Shown: positions 1 to 9,874 of the stretch, in pieces
Numbering within the stretch: position 1 is the stretch's first letter
Layout: each line of letters begins with the position of its first letter
IMG/VR virus record: IMGVR_UViG_3300032313_000840
Coordinates: 17,932-81,931 of that record
Length of the DNA stretch: 64,000 nucleotides
Strand: one strand, 5' to 3'
Source of the DNA: a virus
The notes under the pieces: generated by a model
Database searches by the model: none
What the model saw: the letters and a program-made list of their open reading frames with translations, nothing else
What the model was told of the DNA's origin: nothing
Translations under genes and position numbers: made by a program

Positions 1-109
1 AGCTTTACCAATAGTGATAATATTGAGTGGGCTATTATCTTGGTTTAACAGGAGTACCTGTTTCTTCATACCTTTTAAGTATTTATGTAAATCTAAATAT
101 TTCATAGCC

Positions 110-1510
110 ATGGATAACATCAAAGATAGACAATTTTATTGGGAAGTCAAGCAATTCTTCAACGGAAAGCCTGAAAACAATGTTCCTGCACAACCAAAGC
201 CTTCTTTGAAGGATGCAGTATCTGGAGTGTTAAAAGAAAACAATCCATATAAGCAAACAAACTTTAGCAACAACCAAACTTCTGTGAATGCTGCTCAGAA
301 TGCCATGAAGAATCTTGGTGCTATGGATGCAGCAAACAAGCCATCATGTGTTGCATATACAAAGAATGCAATCAAGAATCCATTCAATTTAAATGAAGGA
401 TTTTGGGATGCTCCATCTATGGCTGCTCCAGGGGCATTAGAAGTTGAAGATAGAAGAAGACAAGCAAGAGCAAACAGCACACAACAAAATTTTGGTTCTC
501 CCACTGCTCCTAAAACCGCCGGACAACAACAATTAGAAAGAGACGCAGCATCTGGTAAACCAGGAACACAAAGGCAAGCATATTATTCCAGTGCTCCTCT
601 TGTACAAGATTCAATTGACAAATACAAAGAACAAAATACAGCACAACAGCCAGTAAATACTGATAATAGATCATTCTTTAAAAAAGCAGCAGATCAGGCT
701 AACAATCCAGAAAAATATGATTTAGGTGTTGTCGGTAAATTATCAGCAAATGTAGCAAATTTTGTAGGTGGTTTAGCTGGCCAAAATATTAAAGCAAGAG
801 AATCTACAGGCACGGCAAGTACAGATAAATCAGGTAATACTGTATTTAATCCAACACCAGTTCAAACACAAACATCTAAGACTGCTTCTACAACAACACC
901 AGTTCAAGGCCAGTCTCAGGCACCAGATGCTCAAACTAAAGTACCAGTTCAGGGTCAACTACAATCTGTTCCTGCGAAGAATCAACCTACTGCAACCAGC
1001 ACAACCCCATATACGCGCCAATATGTATCAAGTGAACCTGAGGGACAGCCAAAGCGTGGTCCCGGTGGTGGAATAATTGCACCTCCAGTTTCTCTGGACG
1101 ATAGAAAAGCAAGTGATATGCCCGGTGCTTATCAAGATAAACGTCTGCAGGTAATGCTCGATCTTCCTCCAATTAAAAATGATATTCGTCTTCCCAATAT
1201 GAAAGGTGGACCATCTTTAGCACAAAGAACACAGCCAATGGTGAGTGCGGGCCAATATAGAGGAAGCTCAAATATGGGTATGGCTACCAGACCAAATCGC
1301 CCAGAAGCAATGACTCTTCAATCTGCCATGGCTCAACAAAATCAACAAGCCACCAGAAATACATTGGGACAAATGGGCGCGGTTCAAGGAACTGCTAATT
1401 CTTCAACTGGCTTCCAAGGTTCTGTATTACCTCCTGCTGGTCAACTTACTAGCATGGGAACCCAAAAGGAAAATGAGTTTAAATACTCCAGAGGATCGCG
1501 TTTAGCCTGA
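110..1510 (+). CDS. hypothetical low-complexity late protein (probable virion/internal protein)
   Basis: Long Q/T/P-rich ORF; start moved to ATG 110 downstream of CTAAATA late-promoter motif. Confidence 0.7.
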   Translation: MDNIKDRQFYWEVKQFFNGKPENNVPAQPKPSLKDAVSGVLKENNPYKQTNFSNNQTSVNAAQNAMKNLGAMDAANKPSCVAYTKNAIKNPFNLNEGFWDAPSMAAPGALEVEDRRRQARANSTQQNFGSPTAPKTAGQQQLERDAASGKPGTQRQAYYSSAPLVQDSIDKYKEQNTAQQPVNTDNRSFFKKAADQANNPEKYDLGVVGKLSANVANFVGGLAGQNIKARESTGTASTDKSGNTVFNPTPVQTQTSKTASTTTPVQGQSQAPDAQTKVPVQGQLQSVPAKNQPTATSTTPYTRQYVSSEPEGQPKRGPGGGIIAPPVSLDDRKASDMPGAYQDKRLQVMLDLPPIKNDIRLPNMKGGPSLAQRTQPMVSAGQYRGSSNMGMATRPNRPEAMTLQSAMAQQNQQATRNTLGQMGAVQGTANSSTGFQGSVLPPAGQLTSMGTQKENEFKYSRGSRLA

Positions 1511-1520
1511 GGAAATTATT

Positions 1521-1883
1521 ATGCTAAGAAACATACTAATAGAAAAAATTCTCTGCGAACGTTATCAAACTAAAACAGAAAAAGATTGTGGTTGTAAAAA
1601 ATTAATTGAAGAAGCAGAAGCTACTACATCTGATGATGTTACTAATCAAATTATTTCATGGGTTGCGAAAGGATTAATTGGTGCACAAGCAGCTGGTCAG
1701 CTAATATCAGATGTAAGCAAACTTTTGAAACCATATAATCCACCAGAATCCAGCGATAGATATTCACCGACAGACACCCCGAGTGTACGTTTGATTCAAT
1801 CAGATCCCGGTCTAAAAACTCCAAGAAAGTCAAAAATCAAGGAATTTGGTCAAGCATCTGGACAAGTTATTTCCCCTTCATAA
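1521..1883 (+). CDS. hypothetical protein
   Basis: 120 aa ORF, GAGG upstream, follows previous gene. Confidence 0.6.
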   Translation: MLRNILIEKILCERYQTKTEKDCGCKKLIEEAEATTSDDVTNQIISWVAKGLIGAQAAGQLISDVSKLLKPYNPPESSDRYSPTDTPSVRLIQSDPGLKTPRKSKIKEFGQASGQVISPS

Positions 1884-1903
1884 TATCTGTGATATAATAT
1901 AAT

Positions 1904-2572
1904 ATGACTGTGAATTTATCTAAACAATTTAAACATAATTTAATAGAATCTAATGTTACCTTATCTGAAGTACAGAAAGAAGGTAAGAGATTTTATAGCA
2001 CTCCAGATGGTGAGTTTCCAAGCGTAACGACTGTTGTTGGCTACGGCAAGCAACAGTTTTTTGCTGAGTGGAGACGAAAGAATCCTGAAGAAAGCCGTAG
2101 AGTAACATCACGTGGAACAAAGTTTCATAGTATTATAGAAACTTATATTCGTAATGAGCCTTTAGACATGGAAAATATGTTTCCAAACTTCAAGGCTCTT
2201 TTTAATTTAATAAAACCTGCTCTTGACAATATAGACAACATAGCAGCAATAGAAACTCCACTATGGTCAAAAATTCTTGGTCTGGCAGGAAGAACAGATT
2301 GCATTGCTGAATACAACGGCAAACTTTCTATTATTGACTTTAAGGCGAGCACTAAAGAAAAACGTAAGCAAGATATTGAAAATTATTTTCTACAGGCAAC
2401 AGCCTATGCTTTAATGTATCAAGAGAGAACTGGTGTTATAATACAAAATTTTGTGATACTGATTGCATGTGAAGATGGGCTATTCCAAGTATTTGAAGAC
2501 AATCCCATCAAGTATGTAAAGAAGTTAAAAAAGGCAATCAACCATTATAGGAAAGAAAATGGAATACATTAA
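1904..2572 (+). CDS. PD-(D/E)XK exonuclease (Cas4/RecB-like, T4-like phage exonuclease)
   Basis: Motifs PSVTTV, RGTKFH, AGRTDCIA, IIDFKAS, YFLQATAYA. Confidence 0.88.
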   Translation: MTVNLSKQFKHNLIESNVTLSEVQKEGKRFYSTPDGEFPSVTTVVGYGKQQFFAEWRRKNPEESRRVTSRGTKFHSIIETYIRNEPLDMENMFPNFKALFNLIKPALDNIDNIAAIETPLWSKILGLAGRTDCIAEYNGKLSIIDFKASTKEKRKQDIENYFLQATAYALMYQERTGVIIQNFVILIACEDGLFQVFEDNPIKYVKKLKKAINHYRKENGIH

Positions 2573-3134
2573 TATAAGAACACCACAAGAAGAAGTGAAC
2601 CGCAAAGGATCCAGATGGTGGATCAAAATGAATGACAATTCCAAAGCAAAAGCCTGCAGAGAAGATTTTGTCAAAACATATGGTGGATTCTTTAAGCAAG
2701 AAGCAAAAATCTGGATTTGGGTTTCTCCAGTTGTTGAACAAAACGGCTACTGGTTGAAAAATATCATTACAAATGAAAAGGTATTTTTTACCAGTATGGC
2801 TGAGTTTGGAAGACAGCATGGACTCACTTCAGTAAAAATTTGTGAACTATTAAATGGTAAAAGGAAGACCTACAAGGGGTGGACGGCTTCTGAGGTCCGC
2901 GCAATCAAAGAAACTACCGGACAGCATATAAAGGCAAAGGAACCTAAAAAGAAGAAGATAATGGTTCCCAAGATAGTCACTCTTCAGAATATTGATACTG
3001 GTGAAGTTATCGTTGTCATCAATCTTAAACAATTTGCTAAGCAACACGGCATTTTTCCTGCAAATTTGTATAAATTGGTGAACGGAAAAGCCAAAACTGT
3101 CAAAAACTTCAAATTATTTACTCCCCTATCTTGA
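2559..3134 (+). CDS. NUMOD-like DNA-binding repeat protein (homing-endonuclease related)
   Basis: Two repeats of F..MAEF.RQHGL....ELLNGKRKTYKGW / NLKQFAKQHGI...LVNGKAKTVKNF. Confidence 0.6.
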   Translation: MEYINIRTPQEEVNRKGSRWWIKMNDNSKAKACREDFVKTYGGFFKQEAKIWIWVSPVVEQNGYWLKNIITNEKVFFTSMAEFGRQHGLTSVKICELLNGKRKTYKGWTASEVRAIKETTGQHIKAKEPKKKKIMVPKIVTLQNIDTGEVIVVINLKQFAKQHGIFPANLYKLVNGKAKTVKNFKLFTPLS

Positions 3135-3168
3135 ATAGCATGCTTCTTTTGGTTCATAAATATTTTAA

Positions 3169-5493
3169 ATGAACTTCAAGACCTTATTGCAAATTATTAA
3201 CGAAGAGTCCCGAGAACGCGCCGATTCATTTAGAACTACTGGCGAGGCTGTTTCCAAGGAAAAGGCCACAGATAAAGCCGGGGACTATAAAGCCAAGGAT
3301 GCTGCTCGTAAGCGTGAAGAACGCTCCAGACAAATTCCTAGAGATAGAAAATCTAAGGCAGAACTTCTTAAGGATATTGTCATTGTAAAAACAAAGTCCG
3401 GTAGAGTTCAGATTATCTTCAAAGATTCATTTAACAAAGAACAACACGAAGATTTGACAAAATCCGGTTCTATCACTTTTGAAGAAGCTAAAAAGATTGC
3501 TGGCGATCCTAACTTTGAACAAACTCGTGCATCTAAACTTCTCTTGGGCAATATGAAAGAAAAGCCAAAAGAAGAAAAGAAAGAAAAAGCACCCGAAGCC
3601 GAACAAGAAGATAAGCCACGCAGACTTTCAAAGAAAGAAATGTTTACTGCGATGACTCAAATGTCCGCAGAGCAATTGGCTGCATTGCCCCCAGAGGCAA
3701 GAGAAGAATACTTCAAGTCTCAAAGAAATCCACCAACAAATAAAGAATACGACAACAATAGCTTCGAAGGATTGAGTATTCAATTTGGTATTAGCCCTAT
3801 TTCTTCCTTGCCTTTCAACCAACAAGTACTAAATGCTATCTTGTTCTTGAGCAAACTGAAGGTTGGTGCAGGTCAGCAAGAGATGCAAACTTTTGCTACA
3901 CTAAATCCTGCTTCGACGGACTTTACCAAGAGAGCATATCTTCAAGCCAATAAAATTCTTTCACAGATTGGTGATGAATGTCTCACTAATCTTATTTCTG
4001 CAACTGAAAGCGGAAGCAAACAAATGTATTCCGAAGGCTCAGTTGACATGAAGTGTGGTGAATATAGATTTAAGATTGAAGCTGGTGGTGAATTCAGCGT
4101 ATCAACAGATAAACTAAATCAAAGCAATAAGCTATTCAAAGGTATTCTAGCAAATTCAATCAATGCAGCGCTATCAGACCCAAGAATAATGGAATCTGAT
4201 CCCGGTGTTAAGAAGATGCTTGCCAATATCAATCAAAGCAAATCAAAAGTCTCAAACATTTTGATTTCAAATGAAGCATTGCCAATAATTTTGCAAAATG
4301 AAAAGTACGTTCAACAGTTGCAAAATACTCCAGTTGTGCTCGGTGATGGAACTGAATCTGGAACCATTCTTGATGCAGAAGGAAATCTAAATCCTGCAGC
4401 ATCATTGGAAAACTTGAATAATATTGTTCAAAAAGCCAGTAAGGGAATCTTCAAGAAGGATATGGATACTGGAAAGTCGGCAGTCGGTAATTACATTGCC
4501 TCTTCCATACTTCGATCATATTTGAGAGGTGATGGGCTCAAGGATCCAAAAGAACAACCAAATCATTTGGTAACAGCCAATGGTGTTTTTGCACTTTCTG
4601 ATGACTATATTCAAGAGATTTCCAACAATGCAGTTCTGAATGCAAAACCTTCTGAGACTCCATTAGATGGCGACAATATTTCAAACTTTAAAGGAAAGTC
4701 TGTCGAACAATTGAAAAAATGGCGTTCTATCATTGAAACAAAAGAAGAAAAAGGTAAAGAAAAGACTCCTTCATTGAAGGAGTTGATGATAGACATCAAT
4801 ACACTCAATCCAATGGAGATTGCTTCAAATTATCTACAAGCAAACATGGATTTTGATTTTGATGCCAGTTTGATCCCTGGATTTAAACCCGATGATCTAA
4901 ATGCCGTAGAATACAACTATGTTCGTATTGGCAACAAGGTTACCAAAATACCAGTAACCCGTGCAGATAAACTTTCAAATCAATTGTTGGGCGAAACATA
5001 TTTGTTCTTGAACAGCATGTTGGTAGAATCCTTATCCAATAACTTTGTTCTTTCATCTTTGGTAAAGGTAAACTTATTGACTTCCAATGAAGCCAATATC
5101 CTTGAACAATCCACCATGCTTACAGAAAGCGATAGCAATCCACTCAAAGAGATGCTGGATAAGGTTATCGAAAGAGCTACTGCCGTTCCTTTCAAAATAT
5201 CTCTTCTTGAACAAATTCTTGAAGAATACAAGAGGGATTACAAAATGGAATACCGTAACTACCACGGAAAACCAAAACAAAAGAAAGAACGTGCAGCTAG
5301 AACCCGTGCCAGAGAACTTATGATCAAAAAAGGTCGTGCCAAAAGAGGCGATGGAAAAGACATTGACCATAAAAAGCCCCTGAGATCCGGTGGTTCGAAT
5401 GGCATAAATAACTTGCGCAAGCGTGAAAAGTCTGACAATAGATCAGACAATGGTCATCATAAAGGTGAGAAACAAAGCAAGGATTGGAAATGA
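3169..5493 (+). CDS. large late protein with C-terminal HNH-like module
   Basis: 774 aa; C-term RDYKMEY...GDGKDIDHKKPLRSGGSN...NRSDN; CATAAATA just upstream. Confidence 0.75.
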   Translation: MNFKTLLQIINEESRERADSFRTTGEAVSKEKATDKAGDYKAKDAARKREERSRQIPRDRKSKAELLKDIVIVKTKSGRVQIIFKDSFNKEQHEDLTKSGSITFEEAKKIAGDPNFEQTRASKLLLGNMKEKPKEEKKEKAPEAEQEDKPRRLSKKEMFTAMTQMSAEQLAALPPEAREEYFKSQRNPPTNKEYDNNSFEGLSIQFGISPISSLPFNQQVLNAILFLSKLKVGAGQQEMQTFATLNPASTDFTKRAYLQANKILSQIGDECLTNLISATESGSKQMYSEGSVDMKCGEYRFKIEAGGEFSVSTDKLNQSNKLFKGILANSINAALSDPRIMESDPGVKKMLANINQSKSKVSNILISNEALPIILQNEKYVQQLQNTPVVLGDGTESGTILDAEGNLNPAASLENLNNIVQKASKGIFKKDMDTGKSAVGNYIASSILRSYLRGDGLKDPKEQPNHLVTANGVFALSDDYIQEISNNAVLNAKPSETPLDGDNISNFKGKSVEQLKKWRSIIETKEEKGKEKTPSLKELMIDINTLNPMEIASNYLQANMDFDFDASLIPGFKPDDLNAVEYNYVRIGNKVTKIPVTRADKLSNQLLGETYLFLNSMLVESLSNNFVLSSLVKVNLLTSNEANILEQSTMLTESDSNPLKEMLDKVIERATAVPFKISLLEQILEEYKRDYKMEYRNYHGKPKQKKERAARTRARELMIKKGRAKRGDGKDIDHKKPLRSGGSNGINNLRKREKSDNRSDNGHHKGEKQSKDWK

Positions 5494-5735
5494 GTAAGGC
5501 TAAGAAGTTGGTAGAAAAAATCTTTGAGAAGTCTCAGTATTCTCATTTGTATAAAAAAGAGTCCACTGTTGCCAATACCATAACAGAAAGTTTTCATTCT
5601 AGCAGCAAAAAGCTTGGAAAATGGGATGAGGTATCGAAATGCTTTGTAAGCAAAATAATGAAATCTTTGAATGAACACACTTATAATCCCAATCTATATG
5701 GGTTGATGGATATAAACAAGGATAAAAATAGATAA
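5484..5735 (+). CDS. hypothetical protein
   Basis: ORF overlapping the previous stop, fills the gap. Confidence 0.5.
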   Translation: MEMSKAKKLVEKIFEKSQYSHLYKKESTVANTITESFHSSSKKLGKWDEVSKCFVSKIMKSLNEHTYNPNLYGLMDINKDKNR

Positions 5736-5748
5736 ATAAGAGGAAGCC

Positions 5749-6309
5749 ATGAAATTTAAACAATTACTCACAAAAATTCAATCCCTACAAGAAAACGCTC
5801 CTGAAGAAACAGAAGGTGGTGGTCTTTTCATTGGTGATCCCCAAGGAAAGAAGGGCCCAAGTGCCCTAACCAACAAGGGAACATTCAATCTCAAACTTCC
5901 TCGTTCTTTGGATGCAATCAATGCAATGCTCCAAGGCTTCTCTTCCAAGGATTATATCGATCCTGATGAAGTAGTAGCAATCATCAAGCAGAAGTTGAAC
6001 CACTTTGGCTTTGACTTTGAGATGAGAAACAGCCTTCAAGACGGTGAAAATGTCTTCCAACTTGTTCAATATGGAAGCCCCCAACTCGGAGTCTATGGTC
6101 AAAACCCATATGATGATGTTAATGAGAAGGGCTTCAAGCAAGGTGATGGCATCAAGGAAAAACTAGGTTACTCTCTGGACATGGTTGTAAATGTACAAAA
6201 GGGTTCTAACATGCTTCGTAAGATAAACGTGATGATCGTCCCCGCTATGGACGACAGTATAAGAGATGTTGATAATGGTACAGACCCCGGTTGCGGTTGC
6301 CAACACTAA
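5749..6309 (+). CDS. hypothetical late protein
   Basis: GATAAATA plus GAGG upstream; N-term MKFKQLL...LQE. Confidence 0.7.
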   Translation: MKFKQLLTKIQSLQENAPEETEGGGLFIGDPQGKKGPSALTNKGTFNLKLPRSLDAINAMLQGFSSKDYIDPDEVVAIIKQKLNHFGFDFEMRNSLQDGENVFQLVQYGSPQLGVYGQNPYDDVNEKGFKQGDGIKEKLGYSLDMVVNVQKGSNMLRKINVMIVPAMDDSIRDVDNGTDPGCGCQH

Positions 6310-6316
6310 TAATGTA

Positions 6317-6718
6317 ATGAATTCAAAACAATCCTTGACAGAAGATAATTTTTTGGACTTCTGCAAGGATTGTTATTTCAATCCTGAGTGTTCAGGTAAG
6401 AATGAATTTATTGATGATTTGAAGCGAATTAAGTACATAAAAAGACTTATACAGAAGATTCATAAACAGAAAACCCTGAAGTCTATTCGGGAAAGACTGA
6501 TTCTGAACCATCTTATAATTTTAAGAAATGTGTTCGGGGAAGAAAAATCAGCTAGAATTTTGTTTTTCAGACTTGAGCCAAGACTTCATTCTTATTTGAA
6601 GTCTTTCTTGGTTTATTTGGAATTCAATCTTCAAGGTATACCAGAAACAGACTATAAACTTCTGAATACTGATGTCAGAGTGGATAGAAAATTGTTTCTG
6701 ATGGATTCCGAGAAGTAA
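6317..6718 (+). CDS. conserved T4-like phage protein
   Basis: EF.DDLKRIKYIKRL...ERLILNHLIILRNVFG motif typical of T4-like environmental phages. Confidence 0.75.
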   Translation: MNSKQSLTEDNFLDFCKDCYFNPECSGKNEFIDDLKRIKYIKRLIQKIHKQKTLKSIRERLILNHLIILRNVFGEEKSARILFFRLEPRLHSYLKSFLVYLEFNLQGIPETDYKLLNTDVRVDRKLFLMDSEK

Positions 6719-6733
6719 ATCTAAATATTTTAT

Positions 6734-8260
6734 ATGAACTATGGTTCTCTAGTCCCCTCATTCTATTTTTACAAGTTTGCTGAGTCAATCAGCCAACCAT
6801 ATACATCTTTTGCAGCCTATAGAGCTGGAGCCATTGATGCCAATGGTAATCTAGTGAAGCCCGAGAGCAGCATAGATCCATATGAATACTTCATCATCAA
6901 ATTAAAGAAGATCTTTGAGCAGCTTCCTCCGGGTCTCACAAAGTATCAGTTGGCAAACTATACATCCGCCTTGAATTATTTTGCTGAAGAAGCAGAAAAG
7001 TTCAACATCGAGAAAGAACATTATATTGCATTGGTCGAAGGTATTCTTGCAGCCCAATGTGGCCCCGAAGCAAGTTACATCGAACTATTAGAAGACATGA
7101 GTGCAGGTGGAATGGCTGTTGCTGGTGATTCGGCTGGTTACAATACTGGTGGTGTTTCAGGCTTTGATCCCGTAATGGCTCCAATGCAAAGACGTAAACC
7201 AGTCACGGATGAAATGTTCCATATGTTTGATGTTTCTGACAATGATTTTTCAAAAATATCAAATAATCAAATGAATGATATTGAGTATCTTCGTAGATTT
7301 GGAATTCGTAATCCTGATTCTACCCTGATCGTAAGAAATAGCAAAGATGGAAATCTTTATACTGTGCCCAAAAAAAAGAAATTAAAAGAAGAATATAATT
7401 TAGATTTTTTGTTTGAAGAAAGTGCAGTTGCAGACTATACAGATAAAACAACTGATAAAGATAAAAATGTTGCAGTATTGACAAATGCACAAGAATCAAA
7501 TTATGACATACCAGAACATCTTCATCCAAAAGTAGCTGATTTCATTAGTACATCTTTAAATATGAAATATAGAACTAAAGATAATCAAGATGCTGGTCGT
7601 ATAGTTGATAGGAAAGATTCTCATAGTACAGAACTTCATGCCAGAATGCTTTTATTTGCCGGCGGTTTGGAAGATATTTCAAAAATACCTGATACGGCAA
7701 AAAGACATGAGACATTTTCAAATTTTATTAATGCAGTTCATGTCGGAAGACACAAGAATCCTTCTGTTTCAGATCAACGTTCCAAAGAAAAACACCCAGA
7801 TGCATGGGCGTATCACCCTGAACATGGTGTAATAGGAGCAGAAATTAAAACTGATAGATACGAAGGAAGTTTTCCAACTAAACTTTCAAATACCGCATCC
7901 TCGGAACAAATAGAACAAGAAAAACAACGGAATATAAGTAACATCCAAAGTCAATGGAAAAATGGAGTTGTTGTTCAAAGAAAAGCTTCTGGCAAATTCT
8001 TTAAAGTTTCACCCGAAAATATTACAGGACTTTGGGCTGAACATCCTGCACGTATTAAATCAAGAAAACGTGGAAGCTCTGTTAGACAAGAAAATAAAGA
8101 AACTGCAGGAAATGTTTTAAAAATAAAATCTCTCAGAAGTCTGACATCAAAAAGAGAAGATCCATTAAAAATAAGTAATCAAACTATAGAATTACTTAAA
8201 CAGCATACAAATGCAGAGCACCATGATTTGTTAAGCGGAATACTTGGGGTTCATGTATAA
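6734..8260 (+). CDS. T4-like conserved N-terminal domain protein with variable C-terminal extension
   Basis: YKF...PYT.FAAY.AG.IDANGN N-terminus; CTAAATA upstream. Confidence 0.65.
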   Translation: MNYGSLVPSFYFYKFAESISQPYTSFAAYRAGAIDANGNLVKPESSIDPYEYFIIKLKKIFEQLPPGLTKYQLANYTSALNYFAEEAEKFNIEKEHYIALVEGILAAQCGPEASYIELLEDMSAGGMAVAGDSAGYNTGGVSGFDPVMAPMQRRKPVTDEMFHMFDVSDNDFSKISNNQMNDIEYLRRFGIRNPDSTLIVRNSKDGNLYTVPKKKKLKEEYNLDFLFEESAVADYTDKTTDKDKNVAVLTNAQESNYDIPEHLHPKVADFISTSLNMKYRTKDNQDAGRIVDRKDSHSTELHARMLLFAGGLEDISKIPDTAKRHETFSNFINAVHVGRHKNPSVSDQRSKEKHPDAWAYHPEHGVIGAEIKTDRYEGSFPTKLSNTASSEQIEQEKQRNISNIQSQWKNGVVVQRKASGKFFKVSPENITGLWAEHPARIKSRKRGSSVRQENKETAGNVLKIKSLRSLTSKREDPLKISNQTIELLKQHTNAEHHDLLSGILGVHV

Positions 8261-8281
8261 AACCCCCTTTCGGGGGCTTTA
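8259..8281. terminator. bidirectional intrinsic terminator
   Basis: CCCCC-TTTC-GGGGG hairpin between convergent genes. Confidence 0.6.
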
Positions 8282-8497
8282 TCAATCCTGAATAAAGTTC
8301 TTACAGCACTTTGGCTTTGTGCATCCAGAGTTTGCTCTGGCTTCATTGATGATCTTATTGTGGGCATCTTCCCAACCAGCAAGCCATTCTTGCCAGTATA
8401 CGGAATTAGATTCAAAAATGTTGGAAGTCTTGTCGCCGCCATTCATTCTAGTATCATAACCCTTTTTATATGCTGAACCTGGAACGTAATCTGTCAT
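8282..8497 (-). CDS. hypothetical protein (AY..GY...W..GW.D motif)
   Basis: 71 aa, coupled to upstream gene; Rmf-like W..GW pattern. Confidence 0.6.
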   Translation of the reverse strand: MTDYVPGSAYKKGYDTRMNGGDKTSNIFESNSVYWQEWLAGWEDAHNKIINEARANSGCTKPKCCKNFIQD

Positions 8498-8928
8498 GGC
8501 TTCTCCTTTGGATCAATTGGAACCATTACGATTTGACTAAGAAGCTTGTCAAGAGCCTTAACGTGAGCACGTTGCTCAGTAATGTTTAGATATCCACGAA
8601 TCTCAATAAGCTTCTCATAATCTTCACGAGAGAAGGTAGTCGTGGTCTTTGCGGGCTGTGACTTCTTCATTGGACGACGATTGTTCATGGGATTCTTGGG
8701 TTTAGAATTATTCTTGCTCCATTCCTTCATGATGTCATCAATGTTCAGGTACTCTTTCATGCTCTCAGTGAAGTCTTGCCCACTGTTGATGTCATTCCAC
8801 ATCTTGCGGAACTCGGGGCTCATGTTGCCATAGAAGAAGAACCCATTGGGATTATTGTTTGGGTTGTTGGCGTCATCATCATCGCCATTCTGCCAGTTCT
8901 TGAAATCATTAAAATCTGAATTATTCAT
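8494..8928 (-). CDS. hypothetical protein
   Basis: 144 aa, GAGG RBS. Confidence 0.65.
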   Translation of the reverse strand: MNNSDFNDFKNWQNGDDDDANNPNNNPNGFFFYGNMSPEFRKMWNDINSGQDFTESMKEYLNIDDIMKEWSKNNSKPKNPMNNRRPMKKSQPAKTTTTFSREDYEKLIEIRGYLNITEQRAHVKALDKLLSQIVMVPIDPKEKP

Positions 8929-8936
8929 ATCTTTCC

Positions 8937-9236
8937 TCAGTTAGTGTCAAAAATTTGTTCGTAAACCAACTTGCCCCGATTGTCTGTAACAGAGACATAT
9001 CGAACGTGACGGCTCATTGCATCACTGATATTTAGTGGATCCTTTGGACCAAATGCCATGTGCTTGATCCAAGCAGGGCATCCACCAAGGGAAATACGAA
9101 CTTCGGCACCAGTTGCATCAGTACCATAAAAATCAAATGCAGCCTTCTCACCATCATAATAGGTGAAGAAGCAATCGATAGAATCATACTTCTTGCGAAC
9201 ATCCGCAAGAGTCATTTCTGTAGCGGTCTTAGCCAT
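8937..9236 (-). CDS. hypothetical protein
   Basis: 99 aa in operon. Confidence 0.65.
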   Translation of the reverse strand: MAKTATEMTLADVRKKYDSIDCFFTYYDGEKAAFDFYGTDATGAEVRISLGGCPAWIKHMAFGPKDPLNISDAMSRHVRYVSVTDNRGKLVYEQIFDTN

Positions 9237-9402
9237 TAGGCAATCTCACTTGCTTGACTGAAATAGGTAGTTGGCCATTCGCGTCAAGCGCACGAAGAGT
9301 ACCAACTTTAGCCTCCATGAGGCTCTTGTGACGGTTATTACGAAGACGGGTCTTACGCTTTCTATGCGTCCGAGAAGTTACACGTTGTTTTGAATTAGGC
9401 AT
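9229..9402 (-). CDS. small basic protein (57 aa, MPNSKQRVTSRTHRKRK...)
   Basis: Not in ORF track; TTGACA..TATACT promoter directly upstream. Confidence 0.6.
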   Translation of the reverse strand: MPNSKQRVTSRTHRKRKTRLRNNRHKSLMEAKVGTLRALDANGQLPISVKQVRLPNG

Positions 9403-9442
9403 ATGAATAGTATACTCCTTATTTATGGCCTGTCAAATAACA

Positions 9443-9780
9443 AAACCCCTTTTGAGGGGGGTTCAGGGTCGATTCAGATGCGGGAGACCAAACCCCACTG
9501 CTTCAAGCAGCCATTGCTAATTGGTTAGCAATTATTTTTTGCAACTGTTTATTTGCGACACTTGTTACCCGTGTCGGGTATCTCCTTCTTCATTACTTTG
9601 CGCCAATCTATTCCTTTCGACCCCGGTGACCCGAAGCCTAGGACTTCGGGAAATGCCCCGCTGCTACGAGGACTTGATTCGCCGTTTTCAGAGGATTGCA
9701 GATTCTCTGACTTAGGCTAATGGAGTCGGGGGGATTCGAACCCCCGTCTTGTACGCATTTCAATCCAATATCAACAATAC
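9443..9780 (-). ncRNA. ssrA: circularly permuted (two-piece) tmRNA, tag ANQLAMAA
   Basis: Minus strand: T-arm GGGGG-TTCGAAT-CCCCC plus CGACTCC-A (ends 9721) precedes GGGGTCG (starts 9624); G3:U70 wobble; resume context AAAAATAATT-GCT AAC CAA TTA GCA ATG GCT GCT TGA (9529-9503). Confidence 0.88.
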
Positions 9781-9792
9781 CATTTTATTTAG

Positions 9793-9874
9793 TGCGAGCT
9801 GAGGGATTCGAACCCCCGTAGGCGATGCCATCTGATTTACAGTCAGACCTCGTTGGCCACTTGAGTAAACTCGC
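9793..9874 (-). tRNA. tRNA-Tyr(GTA)
   Basis: Cloverleaf, TCTGA-CTGTAAA-TCAGA, long V-arm, GTTCGAATC. Confidence 0.92.

Noticed and set aside
1904-2572. Cas4 suggesting a CRISPR system
   Set aside because: No array or other cas genes and no Fe-S cysteines; ordinary T4-like exonuclease
9521-9715. 64-aa plus-strand ORF
   Set aside because: Antisense to the tmRNA
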